Shown: positions 18,060 to 26,948 of the stretch, one piece after another
Layout: every line of letters starts with the position of its first letter
How positions within the stretch are numbered: position 1 is the first letter of the stretch
Virus record (IMG/VR): IMGVR_UViG_3300042090_003221
Coordinates: 32,001-96,000 of that record
Strand: one strand, 5' to 3'
Length of the DNA stretch: 64,000 bases
Source of the DNA: a virus
The notes under the pieces: generated by a model
What the model saw: only the letters and a program-made list of their open reading frames with translations
What the model was told of the DNA's origin: nothing
Database searches by the model: none
Program-made: the position numbers and the translations under genes

Positions 18060-19433
18060 ATGTCCAACCGCACGATCGCCCTGCCGGTCACCGTCGCTGA
18101 TATCGTCGAGGAATACGACGCCAAGATTGCCGGGCTCGGCGAGTCCATCGCCCGCTTCGAAGCCGCGCAAACCGCGATGAGGTCGGCGACCTGCATCCAA
18201 GGCGTCTATGCCGAGAGCGTGTTCACCGACGCCCGGTTCTACGAGAACGCGATCAAGCTGAACTTGCGCAAGTCGGGCTGGAAGGCGGTCTATCGCCGCC
18301 TGGACGTTGAGCGCCTCGCCAGCGCCAAGGACAAGAAGCTTTTCGAGCAGACGCTCGCGGATCCGCCGGCGCTGACGCTCGACAACGCCAAGGCGACGTT
18401 CGGCAAATACCTGTTGCAGCCGCGCTTTCATGCGCTGCGCGGACTGGCCGAGGTTTTCAGCGGGCTCGATCCTGCCTACAAGTCGCACAGCAAGGTCAAG
18501 ATCGGCGTCGCCGGCTTGCCGAAGCGGGTCATCATCGGGAACGTCGGCGGCTATGGCTCTTGGGGCCGCGACCGGCTGCGCGATATCCTGAACGCGCTCG
18601 CAGCCGCCCAGGGGAAGCCTCTCGTCGAGCACGACGAGCTCACGCGCGTCGACCGCCTGGGCGGGTTCGAGCACCGCGCCGGCGAGGTCGCCTTCGACGG
18701 CTCCCCGATCAAGGCCTATCGCGACGGCAAGGACGTGGAATGGACGCCGCCGGCGCGCGGTGTCACGCTCAAGAAATTCCTCAACGGCAACGGGCACGTC
18801 ATTTTCGATGCCCCGACGCTGCTCGACATCAACCGCGCGCTGGCGGAGTTCTACGGCGAGGTCTTGCCGGACGCCGAAGACGACGCGCCCAAGGCGAAGC
18901 GCGCCAGCACGAACGTCTCGGCTGATCTCCAGTTCTACCCGACCCCGCGCAAGGCGATCGAGACCGTGCTTGACGAGATCGGGCTGGCGCCGACGCGCGA
19001 CCGCTGGAATGACGCCACGCCGGCGCGGGCGGTTCTCGAGCCCTCATGCGGCGACGGCCGGATCCTCGACGTGATCCGCGAGCGCGGCCACCGCGGGCTC
19101 GGCGTCGAGGTCCACCCGGCCCGGGCCGCCGCGGCGAAGACCAAGGGGCACGCCGTCATCGTCGCGAACTTTCTCGAGCGCCCGGCGGAGCCGCTCTTCG
19201 ACTTCGTGGTTCTCAACCCGCCCTTCAGCGGCCGCCACTGGATGAAGCATCTCGCCCACGCGAAACGCTTCGTGAAGCCCGGCGGGACGCTGGCCTGTAT
19301 CCTGCCGGCGAGCGCGGAATATGACCACGGGGTCGCCAAGGAACACGGCGGCGAGTGGCACGACCTTCCGGTCGCCAGCTTCAGCGAGAGCGGCACGAAT
19401 ATCCCGACCGGCTTCTTGGTCTGGCGGGCATGA
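18060..19433 (+). CDS. DUF4942-type amino-DNA methyltransferase
   Basis: KSHSKVKIG, KFLNGNGH, then QFYPTP, VLEPSCGDG, NPPF. Confidence 0.85.
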   Translation: MSNRTIALPVTVADIVEEYDAKIAGLGESIARFEAAQTAMRSATCIQGVYAESVFTDARFYENAIKLNLRKSGWKAVYRRLDVERLASAKDKKLFEQTLADPPALTLDNAKATFGKYLLQPRFHALRGLAEVFSGLDPAYKSHSKVKIGVAGLPKRVIIGNVGGYGSWGRDRLRDILNALAAAQGKPLVEHDELTRVDRLGGFEHRAGEVAFDGSPIKAYRDGKDVEWTPPARGVTLKKFLNGNGHVIFDAPTLLDINRALAEFYGEVLPDAEDDAPKAKRASTNVSADLQFYPTPRKAIETVLDEIGLAPTRDRWNDATPARAVLEPSCGDGRILDVIRERGHRGLGVEVHPARAAAAKTKGHAVIVANFLERPAEPLFDFVVLNPPFSGRHWMKHLAHAKRFVKPGGTLACILPASAEYDHGVAKEHGGEWHDLPVASFSESGTNIPTGFLVWRA

Positions 19434-19621
19434 TCTGGCCGACCCGCTACGAGGTCGTCCGGGTCCTGCAAGACGGCGACGGCGGCAGGACCTGGACCGT
19501 GCCGCACAGCTCGGCCCGCACCCTGGAAGAGGCCCGCCAGCTCGCCGAGCGCGAGCTCGCCCACTGGATTGTCGTCGAGAGGCGCGTCGTCGCCTCGTCA
19601 AAGAAGCAGGAGAAACCTTGA
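19430..19621 (+). CDS. Hypothetical protein
   Basis: ATGA overlap. Confidence 0.55.
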   Translation: MIWPTRYEVVRVLQDGDGGRTWTVPHSSARTLEEARQLAERELAHWIVVERRVVASSKKQEKP

Positions 19622-20298
19622 TGCGAACGGAACCGACCTTCACATGGATCGAACCCCCGATCGGGCCGCAGCCGCTGCCCGCCTGGGCGAAGGGCGTCGA
19701 GATCGAGTGGATGGGCCACTTCTGCAACCCTCCGCATCTCAAGGTCAAGACGGTCGGCAGCCCTATGCCGGAGGGCGTGTTGTGGCACAAGGACGGCGCC
19801 CGCTACTGGCGCCGGAGCCCCGAGGGCTTCCACGAGGAGAATTCGCACGCCGGTTCGCTGACATGGAGCCAAGTGGATGAGGCTTGGCTGACCTCGCGCG
19901 ATGACGGCTATGGCGGCCGGTGCTGGCGGATCCGGATGGCGCCCGAGGGGCAGTTTGAGCCGCCCTTCGACGTGGTGTTGCTGCGCGGCCCGTGGAACGG
20001 CGACTATCCCGCGGACTGCGACGCGGTCGCCTACTTCGACATGCGGAAGCGCTACGGGCGCGCCGACAGCCGGCCGCGCCCTTGGCACAAGGAAACGTTC
20101 ACCGGCGGTGTCTACATGACGCACGACCTCATCGTGCGCTTGCTCGCGCGGTTTCAGCCGCATCTGCGCATCGCGCGCGTCGAGCATCACGGCCGCGTCA
20201 GGATCGAGCCGGTGAAGCCCGAATGGGACGCTCCGAAGTTCGTCATCATCGAGCGCGAGCGGCAGGAGTATCTGGCGAAGCGCCAAGCCGCGGAGTGA
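19621..20298 (+). CDS. Hypothetical protein
   Basis: AGGAG RBS; GYGGR..LRGPW motif. Confidence 0.7.
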   Translation: MRTEPTFTWIEPPIGPQPLPAWAKGVEIEWMGHFCNPPHLKVKTVGSPMPEGVLWHKDGARYWRRSPEGFHEENSHAGSLTWSQVDEAWLTSRDDGYGGRCWRIRMAPEGQFEPPFDVVLLRGPWNGDYPADCDAVAYFDMRKRYGRADSRPRPWHKETFTGGVYMTHDLIVRLLARFQPHLRIARVEHHGRVRIEPVKPEWDAPKFVIIERERQEYLAKRQAAE

Positions 20299-20310
20299 GG
20301 CGGGCGAAAA

Positions 20311-20340
20311 TTGACAAACAGGACAAAAAGTCCTAACATT
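20311..20340 (+). promoter_or_regulatory. Array promoter P6 with imperfect operator ACAGGAC-AAAAA-GTCCTAA
   Basis: TTGACA -17 nt- TAACAT; left arm has two mismatches. Confidence 0.8.
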
Positions 20341-20375
20341 CCCCGTACGGGGTTTTACGCAAAAGGACGGAACCG

Positions 20376-20822
20376 GTGACCCCAACCCTGATCGAGACCG
20401 AAGCCTTTGTCCGCCGCCTGTTCTTCGGCGTCGTCGACAAGGCCGGGGAGCCTTACGTCGAGCATTGCGTCCGCGTCATGGAGGGTCTGCCCGCGGCCGC
20501 GACGGACGACGAGCGCCACGCCGCGCTCTTGCATGATGTCCTCGAGGACACGGACCTGACCGCGCGCGACCTGCACTTGAGCGGCTACAGCGAGCGGACG
20601 GTCTGGCTTGTCCAGCGCTTGACGAAGTGGAAAGGCGCCGACTATGGCGCCTACGTCGCCGCGATCACAGCCTCGCGCGACGCCGGCCTGATCGCCATCA
20701 AGCGCGCCGACCTAAAGGATAATTCCGACCCGGCGAGGCTCGCGTTGCTGCCGGCGCGCGAGCGCGAGCGGCTCGCGGCGAAATATGCGTCGGCGCGGGA
20801 GATCTTGGAGGCATGGAAGTGA
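20376..20822 (+). CDS. Small alarmone hydrolase (Mesh1/SAH/Aph1-like HD domain)
   Basis: DKAGEPYVEHCVRV..ALLHDVLEDT..LTK..IKRADLKDN, the RelA/SpoT hydrolase motifs. Confidence 0.85.
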   Translation: MTPTLIETEAFVRRLFFGVVDKAGEPYVEHCVRVMEGLPAAATDDERHAALLHDVLEDTDLTARDLHLSGYSERTVWLVQRLTKWKGADYGAYVAAITASRDAGLIAIKRADLKDNSDPARLALLPARERERLAAKYASAREILEAWK

Positions 20823-21121
20823 AAACCTCGCACCCGGTAGACGGGCGGACGCTGAGGCGCACGCGCCCGCTGCCTCATGACCCCGCGCTGCGCAAGAGGG
20901 CGAGAAAGTTCTCGGCTCTCCTCAAGGTGCTCGATATGTCCCAGACGCAAGTCGGGCGGTTCCTCGACTTGGACGGGCGCACGGTGCGCCGCTGGGCGTC
21001 CGGCGACAGGCCGATTCCGATCGCCGTCGAGATCGTCCTGACCTACATGGCGAGGAATGGCCTGACGCCGAAGGAGATCCTCGCCGCCTGCAAGATCAAG
21101 CGACAGCTGGACGTGAGATGA
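20813..21121 (+). CDS. XRE-type HTH regulator, candidate repressor of P1-P6
   Basis: MSQTQVGRFLDLDGRTVRRWASGDRPIP. Confidence 0.8.
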   Translation: MEVKTSHPVDGRTLRRTRPLPHDPALRKRARKFSALLKVLDMSQTQVGRFLDLDGRTVRRWASGDRPIPIAVEIVLTYMARNGLTPKEILAACKIKRQLDVR

Positions 21122-21152
21122 GCAGGTTCCTACCGAAGAAAAGGAGACTGAA

Positions 21153-21377
21153 ATGCAATTCAAGATCACGAACTACTGCGACCTCGACGGGGTGCCCGCC
21201 GTAGTCGCGACGCTGGACACGCCGAAGGGACTCGGAACCTACTGCTTCGAATACGTCGAGGGCCGGTGGCGGGAGCCGGAAGACAACGGCGCCGACGTCA
21301 TGAGCAAGTCCCGGGTCGTGACCCAGGACGTCTTCGAGCGCATGTTCCCTGACGTCGGCCTCCCGACGGCGCCGTAA
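21153..21377 (+). CDS. Small protein, putative immunity to the alarmone synthetase
   Basis: AAGGAG RBS; stop is 1 nt from the stop of the convergent synthetase gene; function inferred. Confidence 0.6.
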   Translation: MQFKITNYCDLDGVPAVVATLDTPKGLGTYCFEYVEGRWREPEDNGADVMSKSRVVTQDVFERMFPDVGLPTAP

Positions 21378-21378
21378 A

Positions 21379-24300
21379 TCAGGCGACGTTCGGTCGGAAG
21401 ATCGAATGCCAAGCCGGATCGAGCTTGTCCTGAACGCCCTTGTAAAGCGCGCTCATCTTGTTGGACAGCTCGGTCCGGGCGACCGGATCCTTTGACTTCT
21501 GCCATTCCTGATACATATCGTGGCCGCCTTGCTTTTCCTTGGCGTCGAGCATGCCGGGCGCCCACATTTGGACCTCGCCGATCTGGCCGCTCTTGAAGCG
21601 CACCATCACCTTGCGGTCGAAATAGCCCTCTGGCGTCTTCGTCCAGCCCTCGTCGGCGACTTCGAAGTGACGCGCGAGCTGGCGCACCACCTTGTCGCTC
21701 TGGTCGGGCATCGGGGTGTCGAAGCCGCCGCGCACCGCGTCGTTGACCTCCTGAACGGTCTTGCCGCGCTCGAGCTTCTCCATGATGCGATCGGTCTTCT
21801 TGACGCCCGGATCCTTCCACTTGAGCCCGATGTCCTGGGCGGCCGCGGCGCAGACGTCGGCGAGCGCCTTCTGATTTTCGGGCGACATCGCGATGAGCTT
21901 GTTGACGTCCGACGGCGCGGACTTGCGCCAGAGGTTCTTGCGCTCCGACGCCCATTCGGGGCCGTGCGCCTTCAGGCCGGGGCGGTAGGGGCGCGCCTCG
22001 GCGACCGCGGGCGCCGCAGGAGCCGCAGGAGCTGCAGGAGCTGCAGCGGGTTTTGCGGCCGCTGGCGCGGCGGGCTTGGCCGCCTGGGCGGGGGCGGGCT
22101 TTGCCGCGGCCGTTGGCGTCGGCTTCGCGGCGGGGCCGCCAGCGGGCTTCCCTACGGCTTTGGACACGTCAGCCTTCGAGGGCATGGGCTGGTAGCCGGA
22201 ATGGCCGGTGAAAATCATGGGGCGGCCCTTGGCGTCTTTCGGCGGCGTGATGGCCTTTTCGCCGCCCTTGGCCTTCGACGCGGGCTTGGCCTCCGACTTG
22301 CCGCCCTTGGCCGGCTTCGCTTTCGCGCCGCCGCCGCCGGATCCGAACTGCCCGGCGTTGCCCGGCTGGCCGCGCTTGTGCTTGCCTTCGTCCCATTTGC
22401 CGGCATCGAGCGCGAGGGCGCGCAGGCCGCGGCGGAGCGGGTCGGCGTCCATCGCCGGCGCCGGGCAGTCGCGCGCAGGCGCACGCGAGGGCTTGGCGGC
22501 CGCGGCGAGCTTGCGCAGGCCGGCGGCGATAGGGCAGGCGTCCATAGCGGCGTCCTTGGCTTTGGGGCGGGCTGCAGGCTTATTTTCTATCGGCGAGACG
22601 TTGTATTCAGCGCCGCCGCGGGCGAATCCTTGCTTCTCGCGCTCGGTCGGGACGTAGGGCTTGCCGGTGCTCGCGTCGATCGGGCCTCCGCCAGATTTAG
22701 GGGAGGCCGCTCCGAATTTAGCCAGTGTTCCCTCGATCTGGCGCTGCAGGTCCGGGCTCTTGCCGTGAACGTGGCCGAGCGCTTGCTGAAGCGCGTCAAT
22801 GGTCGCCTTGCGGTCGCCCTTGGCGTTAAACTCGCGCGCCGCGTTGATCGCTGTGTGAGCCGCGACCTCGTGCTGCGGCAAAGGCTTGTCGAGATCGCTC
22901 TCGGCGGGCTTGGCGGGGGAGGGGGAGGCCGCAGCGAGCTTTTCCGGATCGCCACGGCTAAGCCGATCAACAATACCGTGCATGCCGGCGTTCTTCAGCG
23001 CCTCAATCGAGCCGTGCTGCTTCAGGGCCTCGTAGTCTTTGTCGGTCGGCGCTGGCAAATTCGGCGCGCCGGTGATTTGCTGGCGGCCGAGCGACCCCTC
23101 CTTGTTCTGCATGCGTTGGATATCGGCCCACTCGTGCCCGAAGATCTTCCCGCCGTCGTGGTGATCTTTCGGCGGCGTAGCCGGCTTACGCGCTGTGGCG
23201 GGAGCCTTGAACTCGGCGGGCTTGGCGGCGGTGCTGCGGTTCGCGCGCGACCACTCTTGTACCGCGTCAACTTGGCTGCGGCCCTTGGCGCGTTCCTGAC
23301 GGACGTAGTCTTGCACGCTCATGGACGTCGGCGAACCGCCCGCGGTAGCCTCGGGCTTGGCCGCAGGTTCCTTGGGGTCCTGCGACCCGACCGCCTGCGT
23401 CTTGCGCAGCTGGTGACCGCGCTCGCCGCCGGCGCCCTCCGGGGCGGCTTCGAAGGTGTGCTCGCCGTTCGACCACTGCGGCAACCGGCTGTGTTCGACC
23501 GGGTTGAAGCCGTTTGCCTTCATGTGCGCGTCGAGCTTGGCGAAATGGTCCTTGTCGGAGAAGGAGGCTTGCGACTTGTGGCTCTCGATCGCGCCGCCTT
23601 CGCCCGCGACCCTGCGGTAGCCGAGGCCGCCGAGCTTCAGGCCGGCGCCCTTGCCCTCAGCCGGCTTGCCCTTGGCCGACTGTGAGAACTTCGCGGCCCA
23701 GGCGACGTCTGGATTTCCGGCCGGTTCTTGAGCCGGGGCGGCGTTGCCGGACGCGCCGGCCGCCTCCTTCGGCGGGTCGACCTTCTGGACCTCCCACTTG
23801 CCGCTGCCCGATCGCTTGTCCGCGTCGCGCTCGGCCGCGGCTTTGTTCACGCTCCAGCCGACGACGTGACCCGCCGGCTGCTCGCCACCTTGGCTGACGA
23901 CGGCGTAAAGCGGCTGAGGCTTCGCGCCGCGCTCGGCTTGGCCTGCCCAGAACTTGCGCATCAGGTCGTTGGGTTTAGCCGGCACGCCAGTGCTGGCGCT
24001 GGCGGGCTTGGCGGCTTTGGCGGCGCCCTTGGCCAGGGCGGGGTCGTCGCTGCCGCGCATCTGCTCGTCGAGCAAGGCCTTCTTGTTCTTCAGCGTGGCG
24101 TAGCTCTCGCCGCCGAGCTTTTCGATCTCGGCGTTGGCCTTCGCGTAGTCGCTGAAGTGCTTGTCGCCCTTCGCGCGCGCGGCCCGCGTCGGGCTTCTGA
24201 TCGCGGCCTCATAGGCGCTGTAGGCCTCATGGGCACGGCGCGTTGCGTTTGCGAGATCCTTATCCACGTTGCGCCCGCCCGCGCGCATGGCCTCTTTCTC

Positions 24301-25005
24301 GGCGTTGCGGGCGGCGACGAACTCCTGTTCCAGGGCCTTCATTTCCGGCCCGTTCATCTTCTCGTCGTGGCGCTTGCCGTTCGCGCGCATCGCCTCTTCG
24401 TGCATCTTCTCGGCGGCGGCGACGTCTTTCGTCCGCGTCATGTGCTCGTGCGCTTTGGCGTAAGCCGCCTTGTCGGCCTCGTCGCGCTCCTTGAAGTGCT
24501 TGGCGGAGAGCTCGGAGATCGCGTTCTTGATCTCGTGCGAGGGGCGGGGCGCCTTCGGCTTCGGCTTGTCGCTCAGATGCTCGGAGCCCGGGCCGGAGAA
24601 CGCGGCGTGCGCGCTCGTGCGCGAGTTCGCGCGGCCCTTGCCGGCGCCGCGCGCCTCGCCGATCGGCTTCCCGTTGAACTTGCCGCCCATGCCGCCCTTG
24701 ATCTCGCCGTTCTCGCCGATCAGGACCGGTGTCCCGGGGCCGTTCGCGTTCGGGTGGACGGTGATCCACTTGTCGGCATCCATCGCGAGCCGCGCGAGGC
24801 CGCGCCGCACCGCTGTATCAAGCGCCATCGTTCCGTCGCCCGCCATCTCTTCCCCCGCGTCATCGTTGTCCGGATAATCGTCCCAGCCGCCGGTCGCGGT
24901 GAGCATCTTGTCGGTGTCGCCGGCGTCCGGGTTGCTGAACTCTTCCTCGGAGATCTCCGGCAGCTCGTAATTCGGGTCTTTCGGGACCGGCATGAGCTTA
25001 CGCAT
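21379..25005 (-). CDS. Large putative virion cargo polyprotein with C-terminal RelA/SpoT-type synthetase domain
   Basis: C-term GVKKTDRIMEK..NDAVRG..EGYFD..GEVQMW..AKEKQGGHDMY; repeated AMD/ALD modules; AKP-rich linkers. Confidence 0.8.
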   Translation of the reverse strand: MRKLMPVPKDPNYELPEISEEEFSNPDAGDTDKMLTATGGWDDYPDNDDAGEEMAGDGTMALDTAVRRGLARLAMDADKWITVHPNANGPGTPVLIGENGEIKGGMGGKFNGKPIGEARGAGKGRANSRTSAHAAFSGPGSEHLSDKPKPKAPRPSHEIKNAISELSAKHFKERDEADKAAYAKAHEHMTRTKDVAAAEKMHEEAMRANGKRHDEKMNGPEMKALEQEFVAARNAEKEAMRAGGRNVDKDLANATRRAHEAYSAYEAAIRSPTRAARAKGDKHFSDYAKANAEIEKLGGESYATLKNKKALLDEQMRGSDDPALAKGAAKAAKPASASTGVPAKPNDLMRKFWAGQAERGAKPQPLYAVVSQGGEQPAGHVVGWSVNKAAAERDADKRSGSGKWEVQKVDPPKEAAGASGNAAPAQEPAGNPDVAWAAKFSQSAKGKPAEGKGAGLKLGGLGYRRVAGEGGAIESHKSQASFSDKDHFAKLDAHMKANGFNPVEHSRLPQWSNGEHTFEAAPEGAGGERGHQLRKTQAVGSQDPKEPAAKPEATAGGSPTSMSVQDYVRQERAKGRSQVDAVQEWSRANRSTAAKPAEFKAPATARKPATPPKDHHDGGKIFGHEWADIQRMQNKEGSLGRQQITGAPNLPAPTDKDYEALKQHGSIEALKNAGMHGIVDRLSRGDPEKLAAASPSPAKPAESDLDKPLPQHEVAAHTAINAAREFNAKGDRKATIDALQQALGHVHGKSPDLQRQIEGTLAKFGAASPKSGGGPIDASTGKPYVPTEREKQGFARGGAEYNVSPIENKPAARPKAKDAAMDACPIAAGLRKLAAAAKPSRAPARDCPAPAMDADPLRRGLRALALDAGKWDEGKHKRGQPGNAGQFGSGGGGAKAKPAKGGKSEAKPASKAKGGEKAITPPKDAKGRPMIFTGHSGYQPMPSKADVSKAVGKPAGGPAAKPTPTAAAKPAPAQAAKPAAPAAAKPAAAPAAPAAPAAPAVAEARPYRPGLKAHGPEWASERKNLWRKSAPSDVNKLIAMSPENQKALADVCAAAAQDIGLKWKDPGVKKTDRIMEKLERGKTVQEVNDAVRGGFDTPMPDQSDKVVRQLARHFEVADEGWTKTPEGYFDRKVMVRFKSGQIGEVQMWAPGMLDAKEKQGGHDMYQEWQKSKDPVARTELSNKMSALYKGVQDKLDPAWHSIFRPNVA

Positions 25006-26611
25006 GGTCGCGCCCCTTGTGATCGAACAGCCAGTCGACATGATCTTCGAGCTCTTTCGGCAACGTGCCGCGCTTGTATTCCGGCGACGTTACCAGCGCG
25101 GCGAGCTCCGCGTCGGTTTCTTTGATGTTCGTCGTCGCGTATTCACTGATATTCTCGCGGATCCACTTCTGCCGCGTCGTGTAGTCGATATTCAGCTTTT
25201 GCAGCACGCCCATAAGCCGGTCGGCTGACCGAACGCTCGATCGTAGGCCAAGGGCGTGCGCGAGTTCATGAACAATAGTCGCGCGCGCTTGGTCTTTGCT
25301 CGATGCGCTGACGGACCAATTCGCCTTTCCCGCAGCGATGCGCGCGTCGTTGGCTTCGGCTTGCCCTTGATTGAATTCGCCCCGCTTCGACGGGCTGATC
25401 GAAAAATACCCGACATCACCCTTGCCGGGCTCATTCCTGTACCATGCATGGCCGCAGGACTTGCCCGTCGAGCCCGCCGCCAAGACGACATGAGCCTTCG
25501 ACAGCGCCTTCTTGACGTCGAAGCCGTCGGCTTCCAACTTCGTCAGCGCGTCATTCACTTGCGAGACGATCTCCCGCATGCCCTTCGCCGAGGCGCCGGA
25601 CTGCGTGATATCGATCGGGGTGTGCCCCTTTATGCGGTAGCCCGGGTCGCTTCGCTTGGCCTCAATGATCTTATTGTATTGCTCACGCTTGGCCTTGCCA
25701 TCTTCGCCGTCCTTATCCGGGTGTTTATACCACTCGGAGAACGCCTTCTTGTCGTCGCCGTGCTTAACGCCGTTGATGAAACCGAGGCCGAAGCGCTCTT
25801 TCATGTAGTCGTGAATTTCTTTTGGCGTATCTTTGGCAAACGATTTTCCGCCCGTCGATTCAGCCTTTTTCTTAGTCTTGGGCTGATCCTTTTTGGCTTC
25901 TTTTTCGAGGCGCTTAATTTCGCTTTTGTGTTTATTGTAACCAAAAGCGTGGTTGTTCATTTCATTTCGGCGGGTCTTCGCCCAATCCTTCCACGACAAA
26001 TAAGCCGCATGGTGCGCGGCCATCGCCTTGCGGTGTTCGTCGAGCGTTTTGGCGTTCTCGCTGAGTTTGTTGGCCTCATCCGACAGATGGGCCTTCTTGA
26101 CCCTCTCGAACTCGTACGCTTCCTTGCTGCCGTAGGGGTGCGGGTTCTTGGCGCGCGGATCGAACGGCGGCGCTTCCGGCGGCTTCGGCGCTTCGGCGGG
26201 CTTCGGAAGCGCGAGCCGCTTCTCCGGTCCAGGGCCGAGCCAAATCGCCGGCGAGTGCTGGCTGGTCGAGCCGGACTTCGCCGCGCTCTTGCTGCTCGGA
26301 TTGACGAACTTGCCGTTGAGCTTGCCGCCGGCGCCGCCGATGATCTGCCCTGCGCCGTTGATCAGCGCGGGCTGACCCTTGTTGTCGGGGCCGTTGGGAT
26401 GGATCGTGATCCAGTGCTCGGCGTCCATCGCGAGCCCGCGCCAGCCCGCGGCGTCGTGCGCCGCGCCGCCGAAGCCCGTGAGATCGACGATCTCGGACGT
26501 CCCGCGGAAGACGACGCCGGCGGCGATCTTCGGCGCGGCGTCGGCGGCAAGGCGCGGCTTTCCCAGCGTAGCGGCGAAAGATCGCCAACCGCTTGCGGAT
26601 GCGTCGGTCAT
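24998..26611 (-). CDS. Putative virion cargo protein with C-terminal zincin-like metallopeptidase
   Basis: HELAH..ISEYATTNIKETDAE; N-term GWRSFAA..LAMDAEHWITIH. Confidence 0.75.
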   Translation of the reverse strand: MTDASASGWRSFAATLGKPRLAADAAPKIAAGVVFRGTSEIVDLTGFGGAAHDAAGWRGLAMDAEHWITIHPNGPDNKGQPALINGAGQIIGGAGGKLNGKFVNPSSKSAAKSGSTSQHSPAIWLGPGPEKRLALPKPAEAPKPPEAPPFDPRAKNPHPYGSKEAYEFERVKKAHLSDEANKLSENAKTLDEHRKAMAAHHAAYLSWKDWAKTRRNEMNNHAFGYNKHKSEIKRLEKEAKKDQPKTKKKAESTGGKSFAKDTPKEIHDYMKERFGLGFINGVKHGDDKKAFSEWYKHPDKDGEDGKAKREQYNKIIEAKRSDPGYRIKGHTPIDITQSGASAKGMREIVSQVNDALTKLEADGFDVKKALSKAHVVLAAGSTGKSCGHAWYRNEPGKGDVGYFSISPSKRGEFNQGQAEANDARIAAGKANWSVSASSKDQARATIVHELAHALGLRSSVRSADRLMGVLQKLNIDYTTRQKWIRENISEYATTNIKETDAELAALVTSPEYKRGTLPKELEDHVDWLFDHKGRDHA

Positions 26612-26729
26612 GTGTTGAGCTTCCCCTCGAATGATCAAAACTTCGGCCGATGCGTGGCAGAGGCGAAAAACGCCTTTGACTGCCGAGAGTCTGTGTGTGA
26701 TGCTCCAATCAACCAGGGAGCGTTATGTG

Positions 26730-26948
26730 ATGAAATATACCAAACAAGAATTGGACGAAGCAGCTATCTACGACTTAGCGATCGATGCCCGCACTTCGCG
26801 GGAGCAGGCAGAGAACGGCCCGTATTTTCCAGAAATCGGCATTACCCGCGAAAGCTGCATTGCCTACGCTGAAAAGTGCGAGCGCTCCATTGAGAGATAC
26901 AAAGACGGTGGGGCGCACGCGTTTGTCTTGGGCAAAGAATCGCTTTAG
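26730..26948 (+). CDS. Small antisense protein (possible immunity/moron)
   Basis: GGGAG RBS, TTGACT at 26676; converges on 26945..27715. Confidence 0.6.
   Translation: MKYTKQELDEAAIYDLAIDARTSREQAENGPYFPEIGITRESCIAYAEKCERSIERYKDGGAHAFVLGKESL

Noticed and set aside
10414-20340. Repeated palindromes as a CRISPR array or integron attC sites
   Set aside because: Spaced 1.2-3 kb apart, embedded between -35 and -10 boxes, no cas or integrase genes; they fit operators
22005-22140. Tandem DNA repeats
   Set aside because: Reflect the low-complexity PAA/AKP protein linker, not an independent element
21520-23685. 721-aa plus-strand ORF and similar long antisense ORFs (25256..26872, 32254..33888)
   Set aside because: Shadow frames of GC-rich minus-strand genes with no motifs
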